64,000 nt of DNA from Phoronis australis. Its lineage: Eukaryota; Animalia; Phoronida. Positions within the stretch are counted from its first letter, which is position 1. Every line of letters starts with the position of its first letter. The DNA is taken from the NCBI GenBank assembly GCA_002633005.1, contig NMRA01000615.1:124001-188000 (forward strand), read 5' to 3'. The position numbers were made by a program, and so were the translations under genes. Of this stretch, positions 62,662 to 64,000 are shown piece after piece. A model generated the notes under the pieces. It was given only the letters and a program-made list of their open reading frames with translations. It had not been told where the DNA came from and made no database searches.

Positions 62662-62818
62662 ATAACTAGTGGCTTTTTCTTGTTCTATGAATCCGAAAGC
62701 TTATTTTGCAAGGCAAATAAGTTAGAAGAAAATATCTCTGTAATTACTTGTAATTCATCTTAGAGCAAGGATTGCCGTGTTTTGGTATCTAACGCAATCT
62801 GCTGCGCAGGTCCTGTGA

Positions 62819-63488
62819 CCCGGGTACTCCCAAAAATGAGTTATACGGGACGTGGCTCTCATAAAGAGTGACTTCTCCAAAAGATCCTCTGCTACAGGGG
62901 TGCCTCTTTCTAACAAAAATCCCTACGACATCTTTGTATGACTTAACTGGCTACAGAGGGTTCACATTAGGATTACAAAACTCTACAGGCGATTGCAGTT
63001 AGTTTCATACACGCCATACATGTACGTTGGTCACATCACGTGACCTGTAGTTAAGTCCGAAAAGATCTCACTCTGCGCTGTGAACGCCGATTTATACATG
63101 TAACAGCACGATTCTCTACAAAAGGTTCGTTTCTCATTTTACAAAACCCTGCAAAAGGGTTTTTATGTCATCTTTATTTAATAGGTCGCGTTGCAAAAAA
63201 TATCTCATTTTGATAATATGATACCCTTACTTGTGCTGTTTCAAGCTAAAGGGTGAAAAAGAAATTTGCAAAATAACACCTACTGAACGAAAGGATTAGG
63301 GTAAGGAAACAACTCCAACACCGACAAGTTGAGACAATTAATGGAACAATACACTCTGAAATGCTAACTTTTCCTGAAGATCCATTCAAACGGGTCCCTT
63401 TTCCATTCTACTTTCTAAGTGGGTGGTTATCGAAATTTTGCAGTTGCACCCCGGCCGTCAAAAATGCAGGCGAGTACTTTCCCCCGGG
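62819..63488. mobile_element. Non-autonomous DNA element with CCCGGG..GTACTC termini
   Basis: CCCGGGTACTC at left, GAGTACTTTCCCCCGGG at right; TSD not evident. Confidence 0.5.
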
Positions 63489-63969
63489 ACCGGCGTCCAA
63501 GACAAGTATTGCAGCTAGATGTTTCACGCATTCCATGCACCAAATGTGATAGTATCTAAAGGCGTTGTAGTGCCGGGTTTCTGCAGTGGTGTTCTTGGGC
63601 ACTGAATCAGACCACAACGAAAGATAAATGCAGTAGTCGAGAGAAAACTGGGTCCCGAAAGAGGACACTGGTCAAACCCGTGTGTGTTAGAGGGAGGGGG
63701 TGCGTTCATGGATTTTACGGTAACTTTGGTGACTAATTATGACAAGGTTGACAACTGTGCTCCGTCTCGACGATTATGATTTTCATATGTGACTATGGTG
63801 GCGTTTGTTGATTTGATGGTTATGCTAATCTGGGTCGGCCGTAAGCAATGCATCGCCTGTGGGCGCCGAAGGCGGCGTGCAGGCGATGGTCGTGTAGTGG
63901 GTATGCTCGATTTTGCTTGTTCATTGATTAAAATCAAGCATACAAAACAATACTTATGGAAACAGTTAC

Positions 63970-64000
63970 CTGAATATATATTTTCGATGCAAATACGCTG
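63970..64000 (-). CDS. DMGDH: Probable 3' end of DMGDH first coding exon (..AYLHRKYIFS), runs off the window
   Basis: TTCAG|gtaact donor; phase 2 reading fits the next exon; basic residues compatible with a mitochondrial presequence. Confidence 0.45.

Noticed and set aside
63361-63937. Short ORFs upstream of DMGDH exon 2 as candidate first exons
   Set aside because: No suitable phase-2 donor identified, partly within a MITE; the donor at 63969 fits better.

Overview
Eukaryotic (metazoan, probably invertebrate bilaterian) genomic DNA, AT-rich, with three intron-containing genes reconstructed by hand from GT-AG sites and reading-frame phase. (1) 11-20060 (+): 3' part (13 exons) of an LDL-receptor-family gene with vitellogenin-receptor/yolkless architecture (YWTD-EGF, 8 LDLa, EGF-EGF-YWTD-EGF-EGF, TM, cytoplasmic tail with a dileucine motif and no NPxY). 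(2) 43999-23085 (-): a 4-exon, 249-aa uncharacterised protein starting MGCSFS (predicted myristoylation/palmitoylation); the ORF track shows it only in fragments. (3) >62194-50745 (-): dimethylglycine dehydrogenase-like gene (15 clear exons plus a probable first exon at the window edge). Non-coding DNA holds a nested Helentron/DINE-like element whose ~452-bp higher-order tandem repeat carries a CTCF-consensus-like motif every ~150 bp, several MITEs with readable TIRs/TSDs (one only 55 bp), a decayed Kolobok-like element (KolX/P2X7-ballast-like and THAP remnants), a CR1/L2-type LINE fragment, mini/microsatellites and a 1.6-kb near-identical duplication around a single N that is probably an assembly artefact. 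No database searches were run; family calls rest on motif recognition.
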